A stretch of 64,000 nt of DNA, taken from contig NMRA01000040.1 of NCBI GenBank assembly GCA_002633005.1, forward strand, positions 699,362 through 763,361, in the 5' to 3' direction. Of the stretch, positions 24,901 to 39,671 are shown piece by piece. Positions within the stretch are counted from its first letter, which is position 1; each line of letters opens with the position of its first letter. Both the position numbers and the translations under genes were made by a program. This DNA is from Phoronis australis. Its lineage: Eukaryota; Animalia; Phoronida. The notes below the pieces were generated by a model. That model worked only from the letters and a program-made list of their open reading frames with translations. It ran no database searches and was not told the DNA's origin.

Positions 24901-27900
24901 GCGACATAATTGTCTTTAAACGCATCTTAGTTTGATTGTAACGTCGACTTGCATAGTATTTGAGCTGAATACACAGGTGTGAATTGTACAAAAGTATCTG
25001 AATATAGATTTTTCATCATTGTTTTTATACTGTTGTAATTAGTTTTTGTTATAGCCAGTAACCACATGCAATGTACATCAAATACAACCATGAACTATAA
25101 AACGTGTCATCAAACTAAATGTGTGAACTTATGCACAAACTGTAAGCTTAAATAGCACAAAAAATCAAAATAAATCGAAAAATAACTCACCAACTCTACG
25201 ACCCGCGAACAAACATGTTACATAGAACAAATATCCAGTTGTCGTTTTAACGCGAGCAACATGTGCTGCCGCGGAGTAATCAAAATCCAGTTTAATTCGC
25301 TAAATTACTCATTTTTGGATAAGAATTTTAAATAGTTGAGTCGATTTCGCTTCAGTGCACTTTCAAGGGTCCCCGGAAAAAGAGCTTGGTCACCGCGTGT
25401 AACGCATTTTCGGCGCGTGTGCGGGGCGCGGGTCTGGGATTTGGTGTCTGCTGGTCCGGGAGTGTAGCTGGAATTCAGAGGCACAGCCAAGAAAAAATTT
25501 CCATACGCTGCCTTTTGACTAGTTCTTACAATATTCTGATATTCCCGAATAACTGATCTAGGGGCGTATCCTTTAAAAAATGACCACGCCCACAAAACTA
25601 ATTAATGTTCGCTGGGTTGACTCAACCTTTTTGACAAATATTTGACAAAAGATAGAAATCACTTGATCTTAAAAAGTCAGTACGCGAAATGTTAATCTTA
25701 ATTTTACCGTTTAATCAAAATGGCGGGCATATAAATGGTGCTCAGATGTGACCGCTATGACAAATACTCTGCGGCAACCACTCGAGCTTAGTAGCTGTGA
25801 ATAAAAGAGACTGCACTTCTCAACTTGACAATTAATGGCGTTCAGAAACGTCGAAATTCGCCCCAGGGGCTCGTTAACCGAAGTACAGGCGAAATGCATA
25901 CATGTTCGCTCAAATAAAACACAAAATTCGCCAACACCAGATACAAGACATCTTAGAAAGATTCTCTAATAGATGTTGACAGATGCACCGAACGTTCTCT
26001 GGCGTTTTGTTTTTTCAACACCGTGCTTTGATTACGCGTCAATTTAAAGACATCGGTAGAAGTGTAACGCGATACCCAACCCATGTCTAGCAAGAGATTT
26101 GGATTTTAAGAAAAATATTTATAAGAATTCCTGATATTGCCAAAAGGCCTGATCAAATTATAGTCAGCGCGCGTAAAGAAAGATAATAGAATCATTGTTT
26201 GATTTCCTGGCTCAAAGCAACGAATTGTGTAATCAATATGAATTGGAAAAATGTGACACTTCGTAGGTTGAGTTTCGTAGAACAAAATATCGCCGGAACA
26301 GGGCCCAGAACCGAATACCCACAGAGTGAGCTGAGCTGCATGGGCGTTCGTTATCACTGTTGTACAAAAACGTGAATTAAAGTTTTCAACAACTTTACAG
26401 CGGACATGCGCGATCGCTCTTTATTTTTCTCACCTACAATTTCTCTGTAAATTTCAAAGATTTTCTTCACCATTATGTTACTCTTGACTTTCTCAAGAAA
26501 TAAAAGAACATTAAAAAACTACGTCTCGCTTTTATGTGCGATAAAAATAAAATGTCTTTACTCTGTTAATACAGATGAATTATTTTAATGAAACTGTCAC
26601 CTTTTCAGTTTACCATCAAAAAGTCATTAAGCAATGAATACCAAATTCAATTTTAACTTGACCCACTTCTAGTTTCTGGACGCCCCCCGCATTATTTGTT
26701 GATAGCGGTGAAAGTATCAATTTCCGACTGTCAACACCCGTGTACCTACTTAGCATGTACCAAGGGTTGAGGCTGTGCGGTTAGCGCGAAAGGAAATCTA
26801 AAAAAAAAACAGCATAATGCAACTCTTGTTAGACTTAATTAGAGTGCTTTTTATGCGCGAGTTCGATAATCTCTTGTTTCTATTTTTTTTCTACACGAAG
26901 ATGAGACGCATTCCCTACTTGACCACTGGTTGAACACCTCACAAAAGACGCAATTCAGCCTACGTTTGTTTAAGGTTTATTTTATTTGACTTGCAAACCA
27001 TTTAATACTTATTTTTAAAGACCCAATTTGGATATATGACATTTTGATTATTCCTAAGTTTTTGTTAATAAGAAATCGGTATATATCAGATTGTCTGTAT
27101 GTATAATAATTTCTAAATAATATGTCTATTAGCATAGATATCATTTTAAACTGATAATAATTTATATTCTGTCTGGTCGCGTCTTTACTTGTGCTTACAG
27201 TCTTGGACTGTACATATATCCGCGCTGCGATAATACTCATTATAATGTTAAATGCTATAAATGTAGATAAATTAGAGTCTCAAGTCCAGATGCACGTGCA
27301 TTGCTTTTTGCTTTATTATAACTACTCTGTGGTATTAATAAATATTTATAGAACGTGTGTGTTTCCACAAAATTATGTTGAAGTTAGTCAGTATCTTTTA
27401 GAAAATTAGTGCGTTTTGTACACAGGATAAGTCCTTTGTAAAAAACGTGTTTTCGTCCACAAGGTGTCGTTACAAGCAGTCGTTGATTCGCACATGATTC
27501 TGTACATGGCATGGTACCTCTAAAACTAGCAAAACTACATGCCATAAATTAATTACATGAGATACATTCCATCAAATGTCTTAACCAGCGATGTCAGATA
27601 ATTGACAACACATTACAAAATTCTAGTCAATTACATCAGTTTTTCGCCAAAGAAATTGACATTTATCCATATAATTTTACCGTTCAATTTTTCTTCAATA
27701 TATTGGCATTTCTGAATGGTTTTTAAACACCCGCCATTGCAAGTTGATCTTTATTCATAAAGCAACCGTGTTGGTGATACTGTACCTGTTGTAGATAACA
27801 AGAAGACTGGTTTATTCAAATCGCCATCTTCGCTGAATGTTGTGCTCTTCCTAATCAATCAAACTATGTCCAACATTTCTCATGATTATTAACTGCGAGT

Positions 27901-30900
27901 TTAACCGTCTGTTTATTTTTCAGATTAGGCGTGAATTGTCGTGGCCCAGTTTTCCCGCTTAATGAGTGCAGAAACTATACCTCTTCCGGTATCTATTACT
28001 CTCAAGTCAAGTTCCCGCAACGATCACACTGTGAAATTGTTCAAACATTGCATAAATTCACAGCGGCGGTGATATAAACATCGGCGTGCTCGTATGTTTC
28101 TAATCATTGGCCAACACACGCGCGCGCGTGAGCGGGCGGCTAAAAATCTACTTGAGCGGTTTTTCTAACCATATGGTAGGATTCTAAAAGACATATGGTC
28201 TCTGTTGGTTCACAAAGAGAATATTTGCCATGATTTTCCTCCAAAAAATAGGATGGCTCGACTCAGATTGCCAAATGGATTTTGACAGGGCGGTCGAAAG
28301 TCGGACATTCTAATTGGAAACGCGATACTATGGAAACATTCTTGGCAACCGCGGCGTGTAATTGGACACCCCGCGTTCGTGAATCGTGCCAGCTACCAGC
28401 GAACGCACTGGGACAGTTTGAAGAGAATTTTCTCACTTCTGTTTTCTCACTATTATGCGATGTTTTCGTTGTCAATCGTATTATATTTGAAGCTGCGGGA
28501 GGCTCAAGAAATATCGTTGTGGAGAAAACGAATCTTCATGTTCTGTGAGTTAACTGCATGGGCCCATACCATTGATTCACAGACAATGAAACATTATCCT
28601 CCTCTAAATTATATACCAAGAATCATTTCCAGTAAAAACGACTTTTAGTCTTAAGATTGTTGGCATCTGGACTTTGTAGTTGTTCTTTTAGAGTATGTAA
28701 ATTTCCGTGTTTTTGCCAAGGTGTCTATGTGCGAAGGTTTGTCTACAGCCTTTTTGCAAAACGCTTCAGTAAATCCAATTAAGTAGAATTTTTTAAATAA
28801 AAATTTTAACTTACCCTTTAGCGAAACTGTAGATTGTAGACGTCGTGTTATCAACGAAGAACTAAATGGATAAAACACATAAAATACAGTTTGATACATG
28901 CGAATACTTCTGCCTGTAAGTGCCTCTATGAGAAACATTTAAGCAAGAAGGATTTTTTGAAAAATGTATAGCATAATACTCGTATACGCAACATATGCCT
29001 AGCCTGTGTTTGTGTGGTACACGATCTTCAGCCTTGCTACAGATGTAGCGTGACGTATCAAATATTTTTTCTACAATTCCGGAGCAGGTTTTTCGTCGAT
29101 CGGATTGTGTACTTTTGAAATCGTGACTCCATTTTTCGAAATTACTTTCAATTTCAATTTAATTTTCATTATTCACTAACACGGTGAATGTGTGCATTTC
29201 TCTTATAGGTAAATGACATTGTTGGAATTCGTTATGCACTTACGCGGTTAAAGAAACACTCGATGGAAGTCGTTTGCGATTTTGAATGAAGTTAGCTGAT
29301 TTGACCATTACTAAGCTTGTGGCATTAAGGGGCCAATCTCCCAAAAGTAAACAGTTGTAGAAAATGGAATAGTATAGACAAAACATGTAGGCGAGTCAGA
29401 TATGTTTAAGAGCATTCCCGACAAGTCGTAACAGCCTAGAAGAATGTTAGTTACATCTTCATACAGTAAGGAGTTAGGGCACGTGAATAAGGATAGGATA
29501 TGTTCGTGTTTATTTACCGTTTATTTTGGCGTAGCGAATTTGAAATATCAATTGCTTTGTCGTAAAGATCGTCCCTACCAGTAAGACGTGTTGCTAGATA
29601 CAATAAATTAGTTTTTAAAATAGGGTCGTAACGCCCTTTTCGCACTGTTCGGATTCAAAGTTTAGGGAAAAAACAGTGTAAAGTAGACTACAGGTAAGCG
29701 CATAAAATTATTACAGTGAAACCAAAGAAATCAAACAATTTAATACAGCGATTAATTTTCTCCACTGTTTTATGGAGAATTCACACTTACGCACAACTAA
29801 AATACTCTACATGTGTTAGCTAAAACGTTATTATTTAAACGGCGTTGCTGTTCACACGCCTATTCTAACATCGTAATCGTTATATATTTGCTTTCTCATT
29901 TGAAATTTAAAACTTTTAGGTTAAAATGTTTTTACATGGAAATGTGAATAAGTCTTTTTATAATTCCAATTGGTGTGCTAGTTAACGCTATTATAAACGA
30001 AGTGGGAAATTGCAAATGTACTGGAAACGGATGAGTGTGTTACACATTTCTAACGATGAGAACTATTTTTCTTTTGAAACAATTCAAACACGGAGAAGTA
30101 AAAGAAATACTTTTTGTTATCTTTTTGTGAACATTGATTGTAGTCATATTAAGCACTTGCGCATTTTGGTGACGCTGCAAAAATTATTGTTGTGCATCGG
30201 TGTCTAGGACACAGTGCCACGTTTTAGCATCAACTTTAACAACGCAAACGTGAAAGCGCGCGTGTTCCATACATGCAGAGCCATTTTTAGTTTGGACAAA
30301 ACACCTCGTTTTCAAGCGTAATGGCGAATTCGTGCAAGAAGTGAATAAGGTGTCAAAAAAATGTTTACGACAACAATACGAGTTTCTTTTGTCTAAAAAT
30401 ACCAGGCGTGAAGTTAAGGAAGTCTATTTTTTGGTTGTAAGAAAATCTTCGACTGTTTGCGTATCTGTTGTACTAGAACCCACGATCAATTGATTCTCTG
30501 AAATTAAAAGAAAATTGCCTTCCTCTGTGAACGGTTACAAGTCAAATTAAAACCTCATCCCACGTTTACAGCGAAAACCCAAGTGTTTTGTGAAGTTTGT
30601 AGTTTATTTATTCTGGGCGTTAATAGATTCCTATGTAAAAGCAGGTGCAAGAATTAGAAACAGGTGGCGCGGGTGTACAGTAACAGGTTCCGATGTCTGA
30701 GTCAGAATTAGACTCCCTGAACAAATGATACGAAAAAACGAATGATTTGCGGAGAATATTTGAGAAGGTGTCAAAATGGTTCTCACAGAGATTACTAAAT
30801 TAAATTCGAAACTATTTACACGAACGAAATTTTGGAAAATTATTTGAAATTTTCAAATTCACCTTCAAATTTCCAAGATATTTTTGATGTCTAGATGTGC

Positions 30901-33900
30901 ATCTATCAAACGTATAGTGAAAACTTTTAAAGAAGATTTTTATGTGACATTAAAAGCATCCATTCACACCACCGCTGTTTTGTGAATACGGAAATATTAC
31001 AAGCCTGTGTTTCAGGACATTCAGCCTAGAGACAATTTTTATAAGAAACCTTTGTCTTTCGTAATTACACTTTTTCACACAAAACCGCATGAACTGAAGA
31101 AATCACTATCTATTTGTTTCTTAATGTAACCTCATAGCGCAATTAAAACTGGTACAAAGTAGCCGCACCTAAAGTAATCGGACACCGTCCTTGGGTTGAA
31201 CTCCAAAGCGATAAGTCTTGATTCCACAGTCGCCAGGTGGCGAGATCGTCTCGTCCACGAGTCGTTACTCATCCTCGAACTGCCAAACAACATGTCGTGG
31301 AAGTCGACGACATTTCGTGAGTCCGTTCAATAATAGTGTGGCAATGAGACCATTTAAAGGGAAGCAGAAAACTAACATTGTCAAAAGCAGAAATGGTCGC
31401 TAGGCGTTGGTTTTGATGCCCCATATTACAATGTCGTGCTATTTTCGTCTGGAAATACTGCACGTGGTTACACGTGGTTATGGTCTGACCGGATATCAGT
31501 AAGATGATACATTCTGGTGGTCCGCCGTGGCTTACGAAGTAAAATACTTATTATTTTCAGCTATGTCTTCAGTGCCGTTTTCGAACCAGCGCCCCCTATG
31601 TTGCCCTACTTACAGAGACATCTTTTGTCAAATTTGTTGCGGTAGCAGTAACTTCAAATCAGAAATGCCGAATCAAATGTGTAAAAAACAGGAAAAATTA
31701 TAATGTTACAAGCGTTAGTAGTTGTTTTGGTACACGCCCTGTTGATAGAGATATAACAGTGATATTTCATGACATACAAGCTGATTCAAACTAATGGGAA
31801 AATTTACAAGACAGTGGCGCTTTTCCTCTGAAAACGACGACAAAGTGAAGTAAGATAAAACAACACGAGGTAATTGATATTTCTGGGAGTGCAACTTCCA
31901 TTTTACGGGTATTTCATTTGTTATCATTTCATCTGAAAATGCAACGTATTTCAAATTCTTACCATAGAATAATAATACACATAAAGGGTAACGAAACTGA
32001 TTGTGCTTCGTAAAACCCTCGGGTACAACAAACATCATCCCCGAAACATCAGACCAGGCTACGAGTCTCCAAGTTAGCTTGAAGATGTTTATTCTAAACT
32101 TTTATTAAAACAGTGTGTTCATTGACCAGTCGCGTGTTCCCTCACTATCATTCTGACATCAGTTTCTAATTGGATCGCGGCCATTGTTATTACTATATTA
32201 GCCACGAAATTAAGAACAGATCAGACGGGAACAGCAAGAAGAAGTGTGTGCATAAATTTCCACGTCGAGCTTGTCGGCTGGTGCGGAGACGGATAGTAGC
32301 AACTAAGATTTGTGGATGCATTGAAACTCCCTTTACAGTGGTTATAAACCCGTATCCCGTCACAGTTTTGTGTTTATACCATTTACCGTTACGAAATTGG
32401 TCTCATGCTGTTCCTTAGTGAAAATAGGTGCAATTTTCGGACTTGGAAGGAACTGACAATTCGTTATTGTTTGAGACCAGGCAAAACAACTTAACTTGTC
32501 CCGGCGTGTCATTTTATTCGCTTAGTGCGGTCAGTCGCTTACTAACGAGCTGTTGGTTCTTTGCAGGTTGAGATCAATTTTGTAGCAGCAAGTGAGGTTT
32601 AAATCAAAATTTAATTTCTTACATCAAACGGAGGTTTATTGCTGCTTTCAAAACTTTCTTCTTTATAGCTGTCAAAAACTGACTTTTGATTTAGAACCGT
32701 TTGCCCACTGGTCTTAACTTGTTTATTATCCAGGTGGCTTCTAGCCACGGAAAGAAGCGTTAGTTTGTCAGTTATTCTGAAACCCGGCTCAACGATTTGG
32801 CATGGTTGCCAAGATACAAACTGAGCTATCACGAGATTAAATTTGATGAGTGCTACTGCGAACCACTATTGGCTGAGGAGGGGAATAAATCTTTAGTTCC
32901 AAACTTTAATTTAAATAACCATTGCTGGAATTTTGTATAATTCCTGTCAACGAAATGAAGAAAATGGTTTTGCGTGGAGTTATTACCGTTTTTACGACTG
33001 AAAATGTAATCTTGTGGGATTAGTGTTAGACGTGATAGCTTTAACCAGAGCTATAAAACAACAAAATCCATTACGTTTTTGTTATTTTATAACAAATCAC
33101 CAGATGTCGTCGTTGTCTTCCACACACTCGCTGAAATCAAGGCCGATGACTAACTGCTAAATACGCCAGTTTAACTCCACTCAACAGAGCCTTGTTCTGC
33201 AACCATGCAAGGAGGCTCATCTCAAAAATCACCTTTCTCGCCTACAATGTCACCTTACAGCCCAAAACAGTACTACAAAGTGAAAGAAAGACTCGTGTAG
33301 AAGTACGCAGTTTGACAAAAGCTAGATTATAATCGACCTGCCATTCGCTACATACGCATTTCCTTCTTGTTTTGAAACTAAGAATTATGAGGTAATACAA
33401 TTTGTTTCTAGTTCTGAAACAGCGACATTCCTGTTTTGGAATGCTATCTAATTTTATTTTACTCGTTGCAGTTTTAGAATGCTTGCGCGCAGGAACGCGT
33501 TGTCCATTGACGATATGTTGGGTAAACAACATCACCAAACATAATGGCTGCAACTTCATTTTTGATCGGTCCATTAGAAACGACGATAGCCGCTATTACG
33601 GCAAATTGCGCAAGACAGACGTCGATTTGGATACAAGGCGCGACTCCGACAGTCACCCTAGGAATGTAAATCATTATCCGAACCCTCTCTTAAGGTCGTT
33701 AAGGCCTTTGTTGATAAATACGTCATTTTCTGTAATTGCTACATACAACACGACTCAGGAACGCCATTCGCGGGACAGTTCAGCGGAATGTAGGGATTAC
33801 GTAGATTTGTGTGGTGCTCCGAAACCAGATTCTATGCCGTAAAATTGCTGTCGAACTCTGATAGCTTCATAATGACAAGAGTCAAGACAATGTGCAAAGT

Positions 33901-34616
33901 TAATACAACTGCCAACAGCTGCCGTTGAAGATTTAAGTGCCGTCCACACAGAGAGACTTACCCTAAAACAAATTACTCTTATAGAGAGGTGTAAATGGCA
34001 ATGCGTGTTCCATTACCTATGGAGGCAGTGCTTCAAGGGGGGGGGGGCAAAGTTACTCCGTTCAACGTGTAGCACGAAGGATGAGATAATATGTAAACAG
34101 CATACATTAGGCAAAGTAAACGGTATTGCATGTATTGACAATTTGTAATAAAATCACCAAAACGCCGTGTATTTTGTCCTTTTTATATCTCTAGTCAAAA
34201 GTAATAACTTCACGAACCTCATACCATCCAACAGTTTTTTTAATGTTTATTACGAAATCTTCAGAATACAATGAATATACGTACCTAGAACCCCAAAATG
34301 CGTTTTCGACCGTAAAACACATAAAATTTCCTTAACAGAAACTGCCAAAATTCATCGTAAGTAATGAAAAAGCACTATCGCTTTCCGTGATACTCCGTTG
34401 TAATCGAGTAATGAATATTTGTGAATATGCACACTTTACTGTATAATGTTATGGGATTTTATAATCTGACAGAAAACGTAATTATCAAAGAAATAAATGT
34501 CTACATATGGGCCTGCATATTTTGCAGTCCGGTTAAGTACTAAAACATAATTATTTCAAAATGGTAATGTAACGCGCGGCCGACAACCAATTACTTTCAT
34601 GTAAGACTGGACTGTA

Positions 34617-35001
34617 AATACATACATACATACATACATACATTCATACATACATACATACATACATACATACATACATACATACATACATACATACATA
34701 CAAAGACACATACACACACATACATACATACATACATGCATGCATACATACACACACACACACACACACATACACACATACATACATACATACATACATA
34801 CATACATACATACAAAAACACATACACACACACACATACATACATACATACATACATGCATACATACATACAAAGACACATACATACATACATACATACA
34901 TACAAAGACACATACACACACACATACATACATACATACATGCATGCATACATACATACACACACACATACATACATACATACATACATACATACATACA
35001 T
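34617..35001. repeat. (TACA)n/(CA)n compound microsatellite
   Basis: Direct inspection. It produces the spurious MYVC/HTYI ORFs. Confidence 0.97.
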
Positions 35002-35025
35002 GTATTCACCCGTCCATTAATTTAA

Positions 35026-35539
35026 GGTTATGTAGCACCTCATCAACAAGCTTGTGTATTTAGCCAAATACAACAAAACTTTAGATTTCAGCTCAGTGAA
35101 AGTTCACATTTTCTGAAAGTAGAAAGCCTGCAGAATTTGATTTTTAATTTATACCTATCTCTCGTTAATCGGGCTTTTTTAGTAAAAGTTAGCAAAAAGG
35201 AAAGGTTCACTCATTGCAAAACAACGGTACCTGACCGAATTCCATTTGATATAAATACTCAAGACGGAATAACGAAAACGTTGTAATTACAATTTTCTAA
35301 ATTACCTCTTCATTTTCGCTTTATACAATTTATGAGTTTTTAATAAAAATAAAAAATATCCTCCTTTTGGTAACCCTCATGCAAAATAGAACATTTTAAC
35401 AATTCTTGTTTTTAATACCGTTTTCGAGAATCATAAAGCATAGTGTCGGAAAGTTTCATATGAATCCAACAAGTAATTTCAGGTATAAGATGTTCAGAAT
35501 TTAGTCATTTTGAACATTTTTCTAGGGTCCTGAATAACC
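35026..35539. mobile_element. Non-autonomous DNA transposon, Kolobok-like termini
   Basis: TTAA|GGTTATGTAGCACC ... GGTCCTGAATAACC|TTAA: TTAA target duplication, GG..CC ends and imperfect short TIRs. Confidence 0.55.
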
Positions 35540-38446
35540 TTAACCAGGTGTATGTTGGTAATTGTTGAACATCAGACAATCCCACCTGCAGAATTAGTTT
35601 ATACCAAAAAACTCAAATAATTAACCTGTTTACTCAACCACATAAAGTGCATTTCATAACTTTCCTGACATAATTGAAACCGTGGCAATCAACGAAAGAA
35701 ATCTTTTAGTAAAATGATGAGTGTCAAACTGAAGACACTCAAGCATGACAGAGTTGGCTCTAAAGAAACAGTCAAAGTGTTTCAATCTAATGCATATCCG
35801 TATGGAAACGTGTCATGTGCGCGTTTTAGTATTAAAACGTCCTCCCTTTGTGATCGTTTTATGTCAAACACGGCTAACGGTTATTTTATTGCTTCCAGAA
35901 AACAATTCCTCTCAAATTCATTTCGAATAGGTTGTTGTGAAATAAAAAATTCAATTTACCTGAACACACGTAGATTTCATAAAACCATCAAACTATGACT
36001 TCGCGTTATCAATCATGGGGAATTGAGAAACAAATCTACTGTACAACGCTCCCGCAGTTTTGGCGTTGTCGCAAACGCAGTAAGACGCTGGCTGCCCGCA
36101 TGTTTTCTTATTGTCCACCATGGAGTTTTGTACTTAAATTCTTATTAAAAACTATGTAAGCGGTCGGAGTCTTTTAAAAACATATTTTATTTGCTTTTGT
36201 GTAAGCAATTAATTAAAATGGGAAACAAGCGTTTTTATGATATAGATGCAGCTTTCGAAAACCGCGAAAAAATGTTTCCGTCCCCAAGAAGTTCTAGGAG
36301 ATGTCGCCCACCCAAACCCAATGACAACAATTTCTCGTTATTGGGCTCTGCCATTGTTTATACCCCCATATACTCATACAAGGAAAAAGTTAATATACCT
36401 TTCCCACACATTATGTCAGATCAATTTTAACCGGCTGTTATAAAACCGAACACAAAAGGAAGTTAGTGTAAACATGGCTGAAATTGTCAGCAACAATTCT
36501 ATAATGAGATAAACATTTCGAATACTCGGCCATAGTTGGTTCTAATAAATACTTTTAGCTATTTGTGATCGGAACTATTCACAGTTGCACCGTGAAAGCG
36601 CGTCGTTATCATGGAAATACAAATGCCAGTTGTTCCGAAACGAATTATTTGTCAATTCGCCTATAGGTAATATTACCAAAAACTGAGAAACAAGAAACAG
36701 TCTCACAGATACAAATATCGGTTTTGTATATATCTTGTTTGTCTTGGTTATGTAGCTTGTTCATATATAAAAACGTGTTACTACGGCAGCAAAGTTTGGT
36801 AAACAAGTCAAAATACACTTCCCAGTAGAAATTTCAAGGTTCCGAAGTGCAAGTTTTTCTGAGAGATTCTGTTATCTGCCCACGGAAAAATTACGGGGTG
36901 ATCAAAGAATGGAACTAGTTGAAGTTTTAATTAATTAATCCTACTGAAATGCAATTATTTTTTCAAATTTGATTGACTCAAACTTCAGTCAGAGGATACC
37001 TGAACACTTTAATCATGAGTCAGCTTGCATTGAATTTTTGCTCTTGCTAAAGGAATCAAAAATCAGAATTCTACACAAAATATTATGAGTTCATTTTTGG
37101 CTCCCCGTGCATGCGTTATTCGACATAAGATAAACTACTCGACAATTCGTTTTGTAACTACCAACATAAGACACTATTGACAAAATGTAAGAGGAAAGGT
37201 CTCAGTTTCATCGCTTTATTGGCAAACCTGTATCACGGTGATGCAGTTGCTTGGCAAGCTGTGGCTAGGAATGTCGCTTTTTCAATAATTAAATAAATGT
37301 AACTTATGCCGTGTTGTAACTGAATGAAAACGGCTCATTTGAATACGTTACCTATACACAATTATATAGATTTTGTAACGTGCTGGCCGTTTAGGTTCTC
37401 ATGATTTTCAAGTCGCGTGGGGTTCAATTTTGCCCGGGTTTCTGTAATTTCTCAACCGCGCGTGCGTTGGCATGTCTATGTGTTTAATTTGGATAATAAA
37501 GTTTTGAACTTCATCACAGCAAAGAGATTGAAACCACGTTGAAGAGAATTTTTAAAGGGGCACTTCGTTGCAGTTTAACAGTCAATTCTAAGCGAAATCG
37601 GTACCATACTCACTCGATCTGAATTATTGCCGAACGAGTAAGCAACTCAAGTGTAGGCTTATATTTTCGAATTCTTTTTTATCGTTAGCCAACTTGAACC
37701 CAAAAATCTCCGACGCGTACAGCTAGCCTATTGCAGCAAACGCAGTCACGTTTTTAAAACGAGTTTTTAAAACCGTGACTGTGTTAAACTTGACCATATT
37801 GAGTTAAAACTAGCATTTAAAAATTGTCTGAGGTCTTGACAATTAAAATCGTCAAAAAAACTCAGCCAATGGGCATTTTTTAATAAAAATCCATCATTTT
37901 TCAATAAAAAATGGTTCCTATCTGTGTTCAGGCATTGTATTATTTTATGTATTGTTTGTTAGAATAAATAACGAGCTAAAAACAAATCATTTGGGGTACC
38001 ACTGCACATTCACTGGTTAGATAGTCTTGGTAGTGACATCTATTGGTGAATACAATAACTAGTCGATGGAATTTGACTATTGACAAATCTAAAAGAAGAA
38101 CTATATCCAGCGTTTAAACATGCCAACTTGGCCATATCGCAACGAAAACAAATATTTTGATTTACGTTACACATTATGACGTTCAATCTTCTTGATAATA
38201 TCGTTATGACAGAATTTTATCTCGTCTTTGTGATGTCTTAATTTCAGCTTCAGTTACTTCCGGCTACTCGGATTCTTGTTGCTACTGTAAATAGTGTGAC
38301 ATTTTCTGAACATAAAGGTAAATTTGTCATTGAATACGAGCTGTTTTCATCAAGTTGATACCTCACTCAATCTTGGTTTGTGAGAGGTAGCGATAATGTT
38401 GAAAAATCGAACACGCTTCCAGTCCTGCCTGTTCTTGGTCGGACTA

Positions 38447-39436
38447 GACAATGACCATCGCCTCTGTTGCCAGTGTTGGCCCGACCAGAGGCGATCTGCA
38501 GCTGCTATAAGCGCTCCATACGCCGGAAGCTTTTCAGCGAATTATGCCTCGCACTGACTAAAGCATGAAAGTCACGTTGTTATAAATACCTTTTGCGTAT
38601 AGAGGGACACCTTAGGAGGTTGGCAATGTGTTTAAGTCCTTCCAACCCGAACAAATACTTCTGTTAATCGTTATCGAACTTTTTGTTCGAGCAGTCACTT
38701 GTTCAGTTCCCGCAGTTATACTGCGCACGCTCCAATTTTTACCGCGCTCGCTAGGTGATGTGACTTCATGACCTCAATCTTTAAATAGGCCAAAGGTGAG
38801 CCATTGCGGTCTTGTCAGTCAAATGTTTGTTTCCAAAATGCCACCACTTATACTTGTCTTTAATTGGCGTTACTTGAAACTGATTGTATTTCAATGAATT
38901 ATTGTTTGTATTTGATAAAAATAAATGCTGTTGATATGACATTTAATGGTCTTTGTGCACATATTTGACATTTTAATGTTTAACAACACGGCAAATGCAC
39001 AGCTGGTTCCCGGCAGCACGTACGCAAAGGGAGGAAACTTCAGCTTTCAAAGTTCGCCGGTAGGACCGCAACTTCTGACCTTCGGCCTGGTTAAAAGAAT
39101 CTCTTGGCGTGCGCCGAGTGATAATGTTGAGCTCACGATTTTGGGAACCGAAATAGGGACTGCTCAAAGAAAAAGTTTGATAACAAGAGTATTTGTTCGA
39201 GTTGGAAGGAATTAAACACATCGACAACCTCCTAAGGTGTTCCTCTATGCGCAAAAGGTATTTATAACAATGTGACTTTGATGTTTTAGTCGGTGCGAGA
39301 CATAATTCGCCGAAAAGCTTCCGGCATATGGAGCTCCTATAGGAGCTGCATTGCCTCTGGTCCAGTCGGGCCAACAGAGGCGATGGTCATTGCTTACTCC
39401 AGCTCCAGAGTAGCGCTAGAGACGATGGTCATTGTC
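38447..39436. mobile_element. Non-autonomous DNA transposon with long (~220 bp) TIRs
   Basis: TA|GACAATGACCATCG ... CGATGGTCATTGTC|TA. Segment 38447-38666 is the reverse complement of about 39180-39436. No transposase ORF. Confidence 0.85.
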
Positions 39437-39671
39437 TAGGGTCGGATGTGCCATGAATCAGTTTTCTCCACTATCCATGGTATTAGGCAAATCTTACGCA
39501 AAAAGATTTGCATTCAGGTGAATGAGAAAGCGTGCGCCGTTTACCCGCGAGTATGCAGTGAAGACATCAGCACATCAAAGGCTTGATCAGTTGATGGCGC
39601 CGTTACAGATTGAAGAGAGCTACTCACTATTCATGGGCTTAACTGCCGTGCTGGATGTGTAGAAAATTTCA

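Noticed and set aside
33402-33842. 146-aa plus-strand ORF
   Set aside because: Non-ATG start, no recognisable homology and no convincing exon structure.
34556-35063. MYVC/HTYI-repeat ORFs
   Set aside because: These are translations of the (TACA)n microsatellite.
38946-39374. ORFs inside the long-TIR element as a transposase
   Set aside because: They are short, overlap the TIR and have no DDE or HTH motifs.
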